A DNA stretch of 64,000 nucleotides from contig CAXXTU010000002.1 of the NCBI GenBank assembly GCA_963662655.2, forward strand, positions 480,001 through 544,000. Direction: 5' to 3'. Positions 7,830 to 17,048 of the stretch are shown in pieces; position 1 is the first letter of the stretch; each line of letters begins with the position of its first letter. The DNA comes from Candidatus Cloacimonadales bacterium. GTDB taxonomy: Bacteria; Cloacimonadota; Cloacimonadia; Cloacimonadales; JAIOQZ01. The notes beneath the pieces are model-generated. The model was not told where the DNA came from. It was given only the letters and a program-made list of their open reading frames with translations, and made no database searches. Both the position numbers and the translations under genes were made by a program.

Positions 7830-9020
7830 TCAGCCTCCTAATCTATTGGAATTGAAAAGTTTCTCGTCCTCGCTCTCGAAGATCGATGTCAGGTCGCCGA
7901 AGTCGAAATCGGCGGGTGTCAGTTTCCAGCCGAACTCGGCGTTGAAGGCGCTCGAAAGCACCTGCCCGAGCCGGTGCTGGAGCGGCTTGATCACGAAGTG
8001 GTGGAACATCAGCATGTCGGAGCGGTTGTCGCCGCCGAGTTGCCCCGGGATGAGCTGCGAAACGATCCTCGCGGGGACTCGATGGTAGGCGAAAATCCCC
8101 TCGCGCAGGTCTTTCTTGAGGGTGATGAACCCGCCGTCGCGATCATGCTGGCGAAGCGGTTCGAGTCGGATACGAGCGTCCTTGTTCTCGGTCTCGATGA
8201 GGACGGTCGTGTGCGACTTGTTGTTTCCCTTGGCGGCTTGCAACGTCTCCTCGATGACGGTGAAAGCGTCCTTCAATACCTCGTTGCCATCGGCGTCCTC
8301 GACCACGTCGTCGCGCAGGCTGCCGCCCTCGACGATCATGAAGTAATCAACGAGCAGGCCGTTCTTGAAGTTGTTGTAGTCGAAGACTTTGACCTCGGAG
8401 AGGATTTCGATATTCACGGCGACCGGCAGGCAAGCCACGCCCCATGCGTTGGACTTGTGGGTCGTCTGCTTGAAGTGGATCACGTCGTTTCCGGGGAAAA
8501 AGGTCTTTTTGCCGTTGCGGACTTGGATGAAGTCGGGACGGAAGAACCCGAACTCGTCGTAGTTCTCGACGATCTGCGTTTCGGTGGGCAGGAGTCGCTC
8601 CAGACCGACCCACTGGCCTCTCGTGTTGCGCATCTTCAAGAGGAAGCCGTTGCCGCACGACAGGTAGTACTTGAGGAACTCCGCCAGCACGGACGACACG
8701 TCCTCGCTGCCCGGATACTGCGCCTCGAGGAGCCATTTCTTCAGGCTTGAGTTCGAGACTTCCACCTGCATTACTGTCGCATTCATCTTGGCCGCGACGC
8801 ACCCGGCGTGATACTCGTCTTTCTCCAACAACCGCAGCAGGTTACTCATCGAGAACGGCGACGAAACGATTTTCTTCTGCTCCTGCGCCTTCGTGAGTCG
8901 ACGAGAGCCAGTCCACTTACAATTGTTTAAGTCGGCTGAAACACCGCCGTATCGCTTCTGGAGCAGCTCGTCGGTGTCGCTGTAGCCGACGTTGAACCCG
9001 CCGATCTTGCGCACTCTCAT
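7830..9020 (-). CDS. Phage portal protein
   Basis: 396 aa; GNGFL, DVIHFK, 'I..YHRVP', 'IKPLQ' portal-like motifs; upstream of protease-capsid. Confidence 0.85.
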   Translation of the reverse strand: MRVRKIGGFNVGYSDTDELLQKRYGGVSADLNNCKWTGSRRLTKAQEQKKIVSSPFSMSNLLRLLEKDEYHAGCVAAKMNATVMQVEVSNSSLKKWLLEAQYPGSEDVSSVLAEFLKYYLSCGNGFLLKMRNTRGQWVGLERLLPTETQIVENYDEFGFFRPDFIQVRNGKKTFFPGNDVIHFKQTTHKSNAWGVACLPVAVNIEILSEVKVFDYNNFKNGLLVDYFMIVEGGSLRDDVVEDADGNEVLKDAFTVIEETLQAAKGNNKSHTTVLIETENKDARIRLEPLRQHDRDGGFITLKKDLREGIFAYHRVPARIVSQLIPGQLGGDNRSDMLMFHHFVIKPLQHRLGQVLSSAFNAEFGWKLTPADFDFGDLTSIFESEDEKLFNSNRLGG

Positions 9021-9394
9021 GGCGTCACCGTAAGTACTTTCGCGATGCGGACGCGACGGCCCGAATCAGCTCTGGCGGCGTAGTACTCGACCTGCGGGAT
9101 GTCGCGCCCGATGTGCTTGCGATACTGCTCGCGGAACCGCTCCGAGAGCGCGAGAACCGTGCTGTCCGGGTCGTCGGAGTCATTCACGTCGACGATGAGA
9201 AACACGCCGATGTCGTGCTCGATGCTCGTGTACCGCTTGCTGGTGCCGTTGACGCCTTTCTCTCCTTGCAAGACCACCATCGCGGCGGGGAATGCGGACG
9301 GGATGTCGTCTTTGTGGAAGCGGATGTTCTCCACCTCGATGCCGCTGTCTTCCAACGCCTTACAGATCAGCTCGCGGGTCTCGGTGTAGCTCAT
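9017..9394 (-). CDS. Phage neck/tail-completion-like hypothetical protein
   Basis: Start reassigned to MSYTET (ATGA overlap, GGAGG RBS); FPAAMV motif. Confidence 0.6.
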   Translation of the reverse strand: MSYTETRELICKALEDSGIEVENIRFHKDDIPSAFPAAMVVLQGEKGVNGTSKRYTSIEHDIGVFLIVDVNDSDDPDSTVLALSERFREQYRKHIGRDIPQVEYYAARADSGRRVRIAKVLTVTP

Positions 9395-9861
9395 GGAGCC
9401 ACCTCGATGCTGTCGAGTTGCTGGAAGATCCACGACTCGCGGTTCTTGATCACTTCCGCGAATACGTTGCGCGCCGGGATGCCCTCACGCTTGATCTTGG
9501 CGCGGATCATGTACGCCATTTGCTCGACGCTGAGCTGCTTGCCGCTCTTCTTGTCGACCCACGACAGGTTCTTACGCTCCACCCACGCCTTGAGCGGCTC
9601 GAGCGGTGTCCACGAGGGAACCTTGCCGCCCAGCACGAACGGCTCGTGCGGCACGTTGGAACCGACGATCAGGTCGATGGACGCGCTTCCCACTTCGACT
9701 TCATAGCCGGTGTTGGCAAGAAAGTCGCCCTCGGCCTTGATGTCACGCTCCAATATCAGACGTCGCGCCTCCCCATCGATCACGCTCCCAATGAGATGCA
9801 GACGGCTCTCGATGGCCGCGAAGATGGCCCGGTAGATGGCGGGGTTGTCGGAAGGGGTCAT
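9391..9861 (-). CDS. Phage virion morphogenesis (HK97 gp10-like) protein
   Basis: P.EPLKAWV...AYMIRAKIKREGIPARNVF pattern; coupled to its neighbours. Confidence 0.6.
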   Translation of the reverse strand: MTPSDNPAIYRAIFAAIESRLHLIGSVIDGEARRLILERDIKAEGDFLANTGYEVEVGSASIDLIVGSNVPHEPFVLGGKVPSWTPLEPLKAWVERKNLSWVDKKSGKQLSVEQMAYMIRAKIKREGIPARNVFAEVIKNRESWIFQQLDSIEVAP

Positions 9862-10322
9862 ATCACGCTTGCCTTGGTGCGGGAAACTCGATGTCGGGAG
9901 GCGCCGAGAGCCAGCTCGCGGAGCCGTGAGTAGCCGTCTGCGTTGAGAAATTCTTCTATGGTTTCCAGTGCCTTGATGGTCAGGTGTTTGCGGAACGCCT
10001 GCACCTCGGAGCCGGTCAGCAGTTCGGTCTGCTGCGTATCGATGCCGGTTGTCTTGATGATGCCTTCGCCGAGTGTCTTCAGGTTGAGCAGTTCGACCGT
10101 CTCGGCCAGCAGCAGGTAGCAGTACGCGAAGGTGTAGCTATCAGCGGTGTCGTCGTCGACCTCGCCAGCGAGAAGGTCGGCCCACACATCCACGTCCGAA
10201 ACGCGCTTCAACAGCAGCATCACGGCGGGTGCGTGCTCCTCGAACGTCGCGGTAATGCGTCGGTCGCTGGTCAGGTTCAGAATCGCGACAGCCTTGTCGG
10301 TCGCAACGGGCAGCACAGCCAT
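9858..10322 (-). CDS. Phage hypothetical (head-tail adaptor-like) protein
   Basis: Start reassigned to MAVLPV, overlapping the endolysin stop. Confidence 0.6.
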   Translation of the reverse strand: MAVLPVATDKAVAILNLTSDRRITATFEEHAPAVMLLLKRVSDVDVWADLLAGEVDDDTADSYTFAYCYLLLAETVELLNLKTLGEGIIKTTGIDTQQTELLTGSEVQAFRKHLTIKALETIEEFLNADGYSRLRELALGASRHRVSRTKASVI

Positions 10323-10708
10323 CACCGATCCCCGTAAAGCCAGACGTTGTTGGGCTTGGTCGTGTCCACGTCGCAGTGGATGAAGTTCTTGCCGATGCCG
10401 ATGCGACGGAAACCCGCCACAATCAGGCCGCGCAGGATATTGAGCCTCGTCACGCTGTCGGGACACGCGATGTCTGCGGCCAGTCCAGCCATGTGTGTGG
10501 ACTGCTTCACCCCGCCTACCTCTGCGTTATGCGCAGGGCAGCGATAGCCGCTCGTAATCACAAACGGCACGTCAGCGATTTCGCGCGCCAGATCCAGCTT
10601 CAGCACGAAGGTGGCGTCGAGCTGCACCTCGCCGCAGCATGGGCAGACGAACTCGCTCTTGCGGAAGTACCGGATGCGGTCCCAGTCGATCAAATCAATC
10701 TGTTTCAT
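10322..10708 (-). CDS. Peptidase M15 family endolysin (L-Ala-D-Glu/D-Ala-D-Ala peptidase fold)
   Basis: EF.CPCCG, ITSGYRCPAHN..VGG...STH..G.AADI, FIHCD. Confidence 0.9.
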   Translation of the reverse strand: MKQIDLIDWDRIRYFRKSEFVCPCCGEVQLDATFVLKLDLAREIADVPFVITSGYRCPAHNAEVGGVKQSTHMAGLAADIACPDSVTRLNILRGLIVAGFRRIGIGKNFIHCDVDTTKPNNVWLYGDR

Positions 10709-11225
10709 GGGGCGAGAGTAGAATGAGTACGCAAGGATGGCAAAGCGGGTTGCCCACGTATGACACAGGAATAATATTATTCAGAATTATTTATTTTTTG
10801 AATTAGTTATACTAATGGAGAACAGATCACAAATATACGAAGGAGTACGATGTGTGCGGCAAATAATGATATTCCGTTACCTTTTTCCATCAGAGAAACA
10901 AAGTAAAAACATGCTAATATGCTGCGGATTCTCGATTTAACCTTTTGTTGATTAAATGTGTATAAAAAAATATTTGACAAGATGGGATTCCAAGCCTATT
11001 GATTAGTTAATCAATGCTAACATCAGAATTCTCTTGGATATGTGTGTGTGGGGGGGGTGTAATTATAAGATATGCATTAATAATACAAATTATGCTTTTC
11101 TTGGAGGGATTATGTAGTACGATGGAAGAATTGGCAGTGCAAATGAATGAGATGTGATTGATCTTGCAGGAACTGTTGACACCTAACAATTAACTGAACG
11201 TTAGTACAAAATCTCAGGAGGAATT

Positions 11226-14006
11226 ATGAAACGAGTAATTTTATGCGTCTCTCTGGTGTTGACGATGGTCAATATTTGTTTTGCAACAACCTATATCGTG
11301 GCAAACAACGGAACTGGAGACTTCCTGAACATTGCCTCTGCGGTTGCTGCGGCAAGCGATGGTGATCAGATCGTTATTTATGGCACTGGGCAAGATTATA
11401 CTGGGACACAGAATCGAAACATTGTTCTGGATGGATCTCAAAAACATCTCAGGATTATTGGCATGAATAATCCCGTCATAGACCTTGAAAACACAAGCAG
11501 AGCTTTTATAGCCCAGAACACGAATGCAAGCGATTGCATTACCGATATCAGGTTTGAAAACGGGCTTGTAACATCCAACTATGTTCAAGGTGGGGCAATC
11601 ATGCTTAGCAGTGGTGAGCTTTACGTTGAGGATTGCGAATTCTGGTACATGATGATAGCCGGCGAGTATTTCAAAGGTGGTTCAATTTCAGTAGGCGAAG
11701 ATGCCTCGGCTACGATCGTGAACTGTAACTTCTACAGCGGTGGCTATACAGGTACGCTTACATTACCTGGGAATAGGACGATAGCCGGAGGAGTAATCTA
11801 CTCTCAGGACGCTGAAGAGATCATTATTAGTAACTGTCAATTTATCGGAAACTCCGCAAAATTTGCTTCGTGTATTGGAGTATCCGGGGATACGGATATC
11901 GAGATCACAAATTGCAGATTCTCAAGCAATATGTGCTTTATGAGCGGCACAATATGTGTATGGGGAACGAGCCAAATAAGTGATGCATTGATACAAGATT
12001 GTGAATTCTCGAACAATATAGCTCAGAGCGGTGATCCTGGGATATATGCACAGCAAACATGCGTAAGTATAAGTGGTATGAATAGTTGTTTGATTCAGAA
12101 CAATGAATTTGATGGCAACAGGGCAGAAGACGGATCTGCTTGTATCTATTTCTTTCATATCACAGATATGGTCATTGACAACAATGAGTTCACCGACAAT
12201 CGAATCATCGAAGGCGGAGGAGCTACCGCCGCTAATAGCATCTCTGCATCATCATGTTCCGCCCATATCCTCAATAACAAGTTTATCGAGAATTATGGAA
12301 TGTCCCCCTGCATATCACTAGCCAATGTCACATATAATGATCCAGCATATGTCGAATTGAATATATGGAACAACACCTTCGATAATACTGTGTCAATAGG
12401 TAGTTACTACCATCCGCTCATATTCAATCATATACTTGACAGTAGTGGGATTAATGTAGATATCGATGTGAGAAACTGCATCATGATCAACAATGACGCA
12501 CTGGTTTTGTTTTACTCGCCTGACTTTGATTATGGGGATATTTACTGTGACTATGCCTGGATGAACAATAATACTTGCCATCCAATTCCGCCATTGTTTG
12601 ATGAATTTGTTACGTATGGCCAGAACATGTTCAGTGGAAATCCTTACCTTGATACGAGCCACACTCCTATGTGGAACTCAAGTGTTCGCTCACCGGTTAT
12701 CGATGCGGGATATCCATCAATCGCGGACGATGACGGAACCCCGAGCGATATCGGTGCCGTTCGAGCTCAGGATCATGATTTCGAGAGATACTCCTATCGG
12801 GCTCCAGGATTTGGATCTGCCAGCGATTATGAATGGGTATGCTACCCGGTTGTCGATAACGTCTATACGGCCGAAAACAATGCCTCGGACTTCTTTGAAG
12901 ATATTGATGAAGATTTAACGGCTCTAGGGCACAATAATGTATGGGGCACTGACTATGGTACCTATTGGGAGTATCCCTGGGAAGATGATCCGGACGATAC
13001 CGATCCTACTGATGGATTCAAATTACAGGTAAGTTCCGGTACCGTTATGAATAAGGTTGGGTTTCTTGCCGATCCCGATACCGAAATTACACTAACGGCC
13101 TCTAGCTATTCATATTGGATCGGTTATTTCATCGAGGAAAGCCAGTATCCTCTTGATGCCCTTGCAGACGTTCTCGACGATCTGACAGAGATCAAACATC
13201 ATGACTGGACACTTGTAAAGACAGGCTTGGGCTGGCTTGGGGGAAGTTCTTATACGATCAACTATGGCGATATGGTTGAATTGACCTGTGAATCCAATTG
13301 TTCATTCGCATGGAACGATAACCTCAGCCGAACGGCTCCTGCTTATAAAGAGCAAACAAGCCATTACAGCGTTGAAGAAGATGCGGGTTATACACCGGTG
13401 TACTTGGATGTAAGCGGATATTCGGATAACATGCCCGAAGAGATTGGCATGTATGCCGATGGTGAATTGATCGGCGCTACCGTGGTTGATGGTGAGATAA
13501 CGCAGATCAACGCATATGTGGAAGACATTGAAAACCTCGAAGAAGCCGAAGTAAGCTTCGAGCTTTTCTATGGTGATCGTGCACCGCTTGTCGGATGTGA
13601 CATGTATAAGGTAAATTCAGATATAACCGAGGACTATATCAAGACCACACATATGTTCGAGACTCAGTCGCGTTACTATCAGGTTACGCTTGGGAAGGGT
13701 GGTGTCGAGACTCTTGTTCCCGATCTTCCGGAAACTGTCAGTATCAATAACTATCCCAACCCGTTTAACCCGGAAACGACCGTATCCTTTACCTTGCCTC
13801 AGGATGGCAAAGTGAGTATCAAAGTGTTCAACGTTCGCGGTCAGTTGGTGAAGACATTGGTTGACAACAATCTGAATGCCGGCAAGCATGAAATCGTGTG
13901 GAATGGCCGTGATGAAGAAAATCGTCAGGTTGGTTCAGGCATCTACTTCTGTCGTCTTCAGACAGCAGGAAAGATACTGAACCGTAAGCTGTTGATGATG
14001 AAATAA
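11226..14006 (+). CDS. Secreted right-handed beta-helix protein with FlgD-Ig/T9SS-like C-terminal domain
   Basis: Signal peptide, pectin-lyase-like repeats (I.NC.F..N.A), SP.IDAG...DIGA, C-terminal NYPNPFNPET...GIYFCRL. Confidence 0.85.
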   Translation: MKRVILCVSLVLTMVNICFATTYIVANNGTGDFLNIASAVAAASDGDQIVIYGTGQDYTGTQNRNIVLDGSQKHLRIIGMNNPVIDLENTSRAFIAQNTNASDCITDIRFENGLVTSNYVQGGAIMLSSGELYVEDCEFWYMMIAGEYFKGGSISVGEDASATIVNCNFYSGGYTGTLTLPGNRTIAGGVIYSQDAEEIIISNCQFIGNSAKFASCIGVSGDTDIEITNCRFSSNMCFMSGTICVWGTSQISDALIQDCEFSNNIAQSGDPGIYAQQTCVSISGMNSCLIQNNEFDGNRAEDGSACIYFFHITDMVIDNNEFTDNRIIEGGGATAANSISASSCSAHILNNKFIENYGMSPCISLANVTYNDPAYVELNIWNNTFDNTVSIGSYYHPLIFNHILDSSGINVDIDVRNCIMINNDALVLFYSPDFDYGDIYCDYAWMNNNTCHPIPPLFDEFVTYGQNMFSGNPYLDTSHTPMWNSSVRSPVIDAGYPSIADDDGTPSDIGAVRAQDHDFERYSYRAPGFGSASDYEWVCYPVVDNVYTAENNASDFFEDIDEDLTALGHNNVWGTDYGTYWEYPWEDDPDDTDPTDGFKLQVSSGTVMNKVGFLADPDTEITLTASSYSYWIGYFIEESQYPLDALADVLDDLTEIKHHDWTLVKTGLGWLGGSSYTINYGDMVELTCESNCSFAWNDNLSRTAPAYKEQTSHYSVEEDAGYTPVYLDVSGYSDNMPEEIGMYADGELIGATVVDGEITQINAYVEDIENLEEAEVSFELFYGDRAPLVGCDMYKVNSDITEDYIKTTHMFETQSRYYQVTLGKGGVETLVPDLPETVSINNYPNPFNPETTVSFTLPQDGKVSIKVFNVRGQLVKTLVDNNLNAGKHEIVWNGRDEENRQVGSGIYFCRLQTAGKILNRKLLMMK

Positions 14007-14143
14007 TTTCGGCTTCAGCGAAGCTGAAACGAAAACATGAGTGATGTAATCCCGAATATTCGGGACTACACTAGCGGATAATCATAATCCAGCCCCGCCT
14101 CCAACTCCCTCTCCCGCTTGCGGGAGAGGGTTGGGGTGAGGGT
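14007..14143. repeat. Cluster of intergenic palindromes including a REP-like element
   Basis: TTCAGC-GAA-GCTGAA, then a TGTAATCCCGA/TCGGGACTACA stem, then CCCTCTCCCGC-TT-GCGGGAGAGGG-TTGGGGTGAGGG. Confidence 0.7.
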
Positions 14144-14159
14144 GTATTAAGGAGACCTC

Positions 14160-16529
14160 ATGCGAACCCGAATAACCTTGCTTCTGTTGTTGCTGACTCC
14201 GATGCTCTTTTCGACCACGCTCACCGTCTCTCTGGACGGGTCGCAGGACTATACTACAATACAAAGTGCCGTGGATGCCGCGATTAACGGCGATACCGTG
14301 CTGGTTTACCCGGGCACCTACTATGAGAATATCGAGATTGATGACAAATTCATTACCCTCGCCAGTCTGAACCTCACAACCGGTGACGAATCCTACATCC
14401 ACAATACGATTCTGGACGGTAATTTCAGCGGTTCTGTTATTCGTATGGATCTTGAGACATTGCCTCAACCTGCCGATGCCGTCATCCAAGGATTCACAAT
14501 CATTCATGGAAGTGGTAATATTAGAACTTGGACTTGGCCCGAGTATGGCGGCGGTGGAATATGGGTCGAATGCGCAAATAATGATATATGGATGAATGTC
14601 TATATCACGAATTGTCAGATAAAATACAATATAGCCGATTGCGGAGCAGGCATGGGATTAGCTTATCGAGGCTATTTCCACATGAAGAACGTCAGTGTTC
14701 ACCACAATACAGCTCGTACGGGAGCTGGAGGTGTTTTGTGTAATAGAGTCGGATTGATTCACGATCCTGATTTTCCTTGCAGCTATTACGCTAATGAAGG
14801 AACTCCGGGTCATGATCTCAATATCGGTAACGCAGTATTGAACACAACGATCTATGCCGACACATTGACGTGTTCCGAGTACGATCAGGGTTTTATTCGA
14901 TACATACCTCAGAATGATGATAATGATCTGGTGCTTACGGTTTACCATGAGCATTCCATTCTGGATGTAATCGATCATGATCTGTACGTCTCACCGGATG
15001 GTGATGACGATAACAGCGGATTGTCCGCAGATGATCCCCTCTATACGATTCGCCAGGCTGCCTACCTGATCCGGTCCAATCCGGATAACCCGAGGACGAT
15101 CTACCTTGCTCCCGGCGAATACACCGAGGAGGAAGGTCCACTGCAATTCACGGTTGGTCTAAAGGACCATGTTTCTCTCATCGGGAGCGGTATGGATGAG
15201 ACATTTCTCGAATGCAGTCAATCAAGGTGTATCATTTATATGAACAACAACGAGGATATCCAGATATCCGGTATGACTTTGAAATCCAGTTATCCTATCA
15301 ATAATGGAGAATGGTCGCCTTGTTTGATTCTTGGTGTATATATTGACGACCTCACCATTAAGGATATCCGAGCACATGATTCGGAATTTGGGAAATCTGC
15401 TGCGATTTCGGTCTGGCATGTTGACCGTCTGGATATGGACAATATTATCATCGAGGATAACGTTGGTGAAGCCTATTGCGGTTTATATGTCATCGCTGAG
15501 GATGTTACGCTGACCGACTGCATTATCCGGAACAATCTTGTTGTCGGCTATGACAACGTGTACTCGGCTTCCTCTGCCTTCAATATTGATACGAAAGGAA
15601 ACTGTCTGATCGACGGTCTTGTCGTGATGAATAATGTGAATGAATGCGGATCTGAAGGTCAGATGACGGGGTTGCTTCACCATGGAGCTAACTATCCGGG
15701 CTCGAGCCTGAAGATAACCAACAGCCTTTTCAGCGGTAATAATTCGGAGGGTCAGGAGTGTTTCCAATTCCAATTGTTTCGAGGGAATCTGGATTTAATA
15801 AACTGTACGTTCATCGGCAATGAAGCCGAGGAGATGGTACTGAAGTTCCTGAGAACCAACACTGAAGCTGAGGTAGATCCCTTTCAGGTGATCAACACGG
15901 TATTCTGGGATCATGTGCCTTATGAACTATCGAACTGGAGTTACCGGCGCTGCGCCATCGAGGTCGATCACAGCCTTATACGCGACGGTATTGACGGCAT
16001 CGATTCACCCTACGACGAGATCATCTGGGGTGAAGGCAATCTCGATCTCAATCCGCTACTGACCAATGCCGAGCAACTGTATTACCCGCAGGAAGGCTCT
16101 CCGGTCATCAACGCCGGTACACCGGATACCACCGGCTTGGGACTGCCGCCGCTCGATATCTGCAACCGCGCTCGCGTATGGGCAGGATGCGTCGATATCG
16201 GCTGCCACGAGTACGGCTCTGTAGGTGTTTCACCGGGAGATCAAGCACCGGTCTATGAAGCATCACTCGGCAACTATCCCAACCCATTCAATCCATGGAC
16301 GATCATCAGCTATAGCTTGCCGGAAGCCGTGTATGTGGAGTTGAACGTGTACAATATTCGCGGTCAGCGTGTCAGAACGCTGGTGCATGAGCACCGGGAA
16401 GCCGGTAATCATGAAGTCGTCTGGGATGGACGGAATGAGCAGAATGATATCGTCGCTGGTGGTGTGTATCTGCTGCGCCTGCAAGCGGGTGGACGTACCG
16501 AGGTGCGGAAGACGTTGATGGTTAAATGA
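14160..16529 (+). CDS. Secreted beta-helix (DUF1565-like) protein with FlgD-Ig/T9SS-like C-terminal domain
   Basis: Signal peptide; TIQSAVD...GDTVLVYPGTYYEN; LYVSPDGDD.NSG; C-terminal NYPNPFNP. Confidence 0.85.
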   Translation: MRTRITLLLLLLTPMLFSTTLTVSLDGSQDYTTIQSAVDAAINGDTVLVYPGTYYENIEIDDKFITLASLNLTTGDESYIHNTILDGNFSGSVIRMDLETLPQPADAVIQGFTIIHGSGNIRTWTWPEYGGGGIWVECANNDIWMNVYITNCQIKYNIADCGAGMGLAYRGYFHMKNVSVHHNTARTGAGGVLCNRVGLIHDPDFPCSYYANEGTPGHDLNIGNAVLNTTIYADTLTCSEYDQGFIRYIPQNDDNDLVLTVYHEHSILDVIDHDLYVSPDGDDDNSGLSADDPLYTIRQAAYLIRSNPDNPRTIYLAPGEYTEEEGPLQFTVGLKDHVSLIGSGMDETFLECSQSRCIIYMNNNEDIQISGMTLKSSYPINNGEWSPCLILGVYIDDLTIKDIRAHDSEFGKSAAISVWHVDRLDMDNIIIEDNVGEAYCGLYVIAEDVTLTDCIIRNNLVVGYDNVYSASSAFNIDTKGNCLIDGLVVMNNVNECGSEGQMTGLLHHGANYPGSSLKITNSLFSGNNSEGQECFQFQLFRGNLDLINCTFIGNEAEEMVLKFLRTNTEAEVDPFQVINTVFWDHVPYELSNWSYRRCAIEVDHSLIRDGIDGIDSPYDEIIWGEGNLDLNPLLTNAEQLYYPQEGSPVINAGTPDTTGLGLPPLDICNRARVWAGCVDIGCHEYGSVGVSPGDQAPVYEASLGNYPNPFNPWTIISYSLPEAVYVELNVYNIRGQRVRTLVHEHREAGNHEVVWDGRNEQNDIVAGGVYLLRLQAGGRTEVRKTLMVK

Positions 16530-16556
16530 TCCTGTTTGGATCACTCGGGATGTAGC

Positions 16557-17048
16557 ATGGATTATGTTTCAAAAGAAATCAGAAGCCGCATGATGAGCTC
16601 GGTCCGTTCCAAGAGCACAACGAATGAAGTACTGATTCGAAAGTCTCTGTTTCATCTCGGACTAAGATACGGGCTTCACAACAAAAACCTTCCCGGTCGT
16701 CCTGATATCGTGCTTCGCAGACATAGAACTGCAGTGTTTGTAAACGGATGTTTCTGGCACATGCATGGTTGTCACTTAAGCTCTATCCCCAAAACGAGAG
16801 TGGATTGGTGGCGAGACAAGCTTATGAGCAACAAAGCAAGGGATATCTTGAATTACAAAAAGCTATTGAGTATGCATTGGCGTGTCGCTATTATTTGGGA
16901 TTGTGCTTTAAAAGGCAAGAACGGATTGACAGCAGAATTCATTGCTTTAAAATTGCAATCATTCTTAATTGATGATGTCTCTGTCATTTGTTGTGGTGGC
17001 AGGGGAATTACTTACCCAACAAACATTGAAGGTGTGTACTATGGCTGA
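16557..17048 (+). CDS. vsr: Very short patch repair endonuclease
   Basis: RS.MMS.VRSK.T..E, LPGRPDIV, FVNGCFWH.H, W..K...N..RD. Confidence 0.92.
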   Translation: MDYVSKEIRSRMMSSVRSKSTTNEVLIRKSLFHLGLRYGLHNKNLPGRPDIVLRRHRTAVFVNGCFWHMHGCHLSSIPKTRVDWWRDKLMSNKARDILNYKKLLSMHWRVAIIWDCALKGKNGLTAEFIALKLQSFLIDDVSVICCGGRGITYPTNIEGVYYG

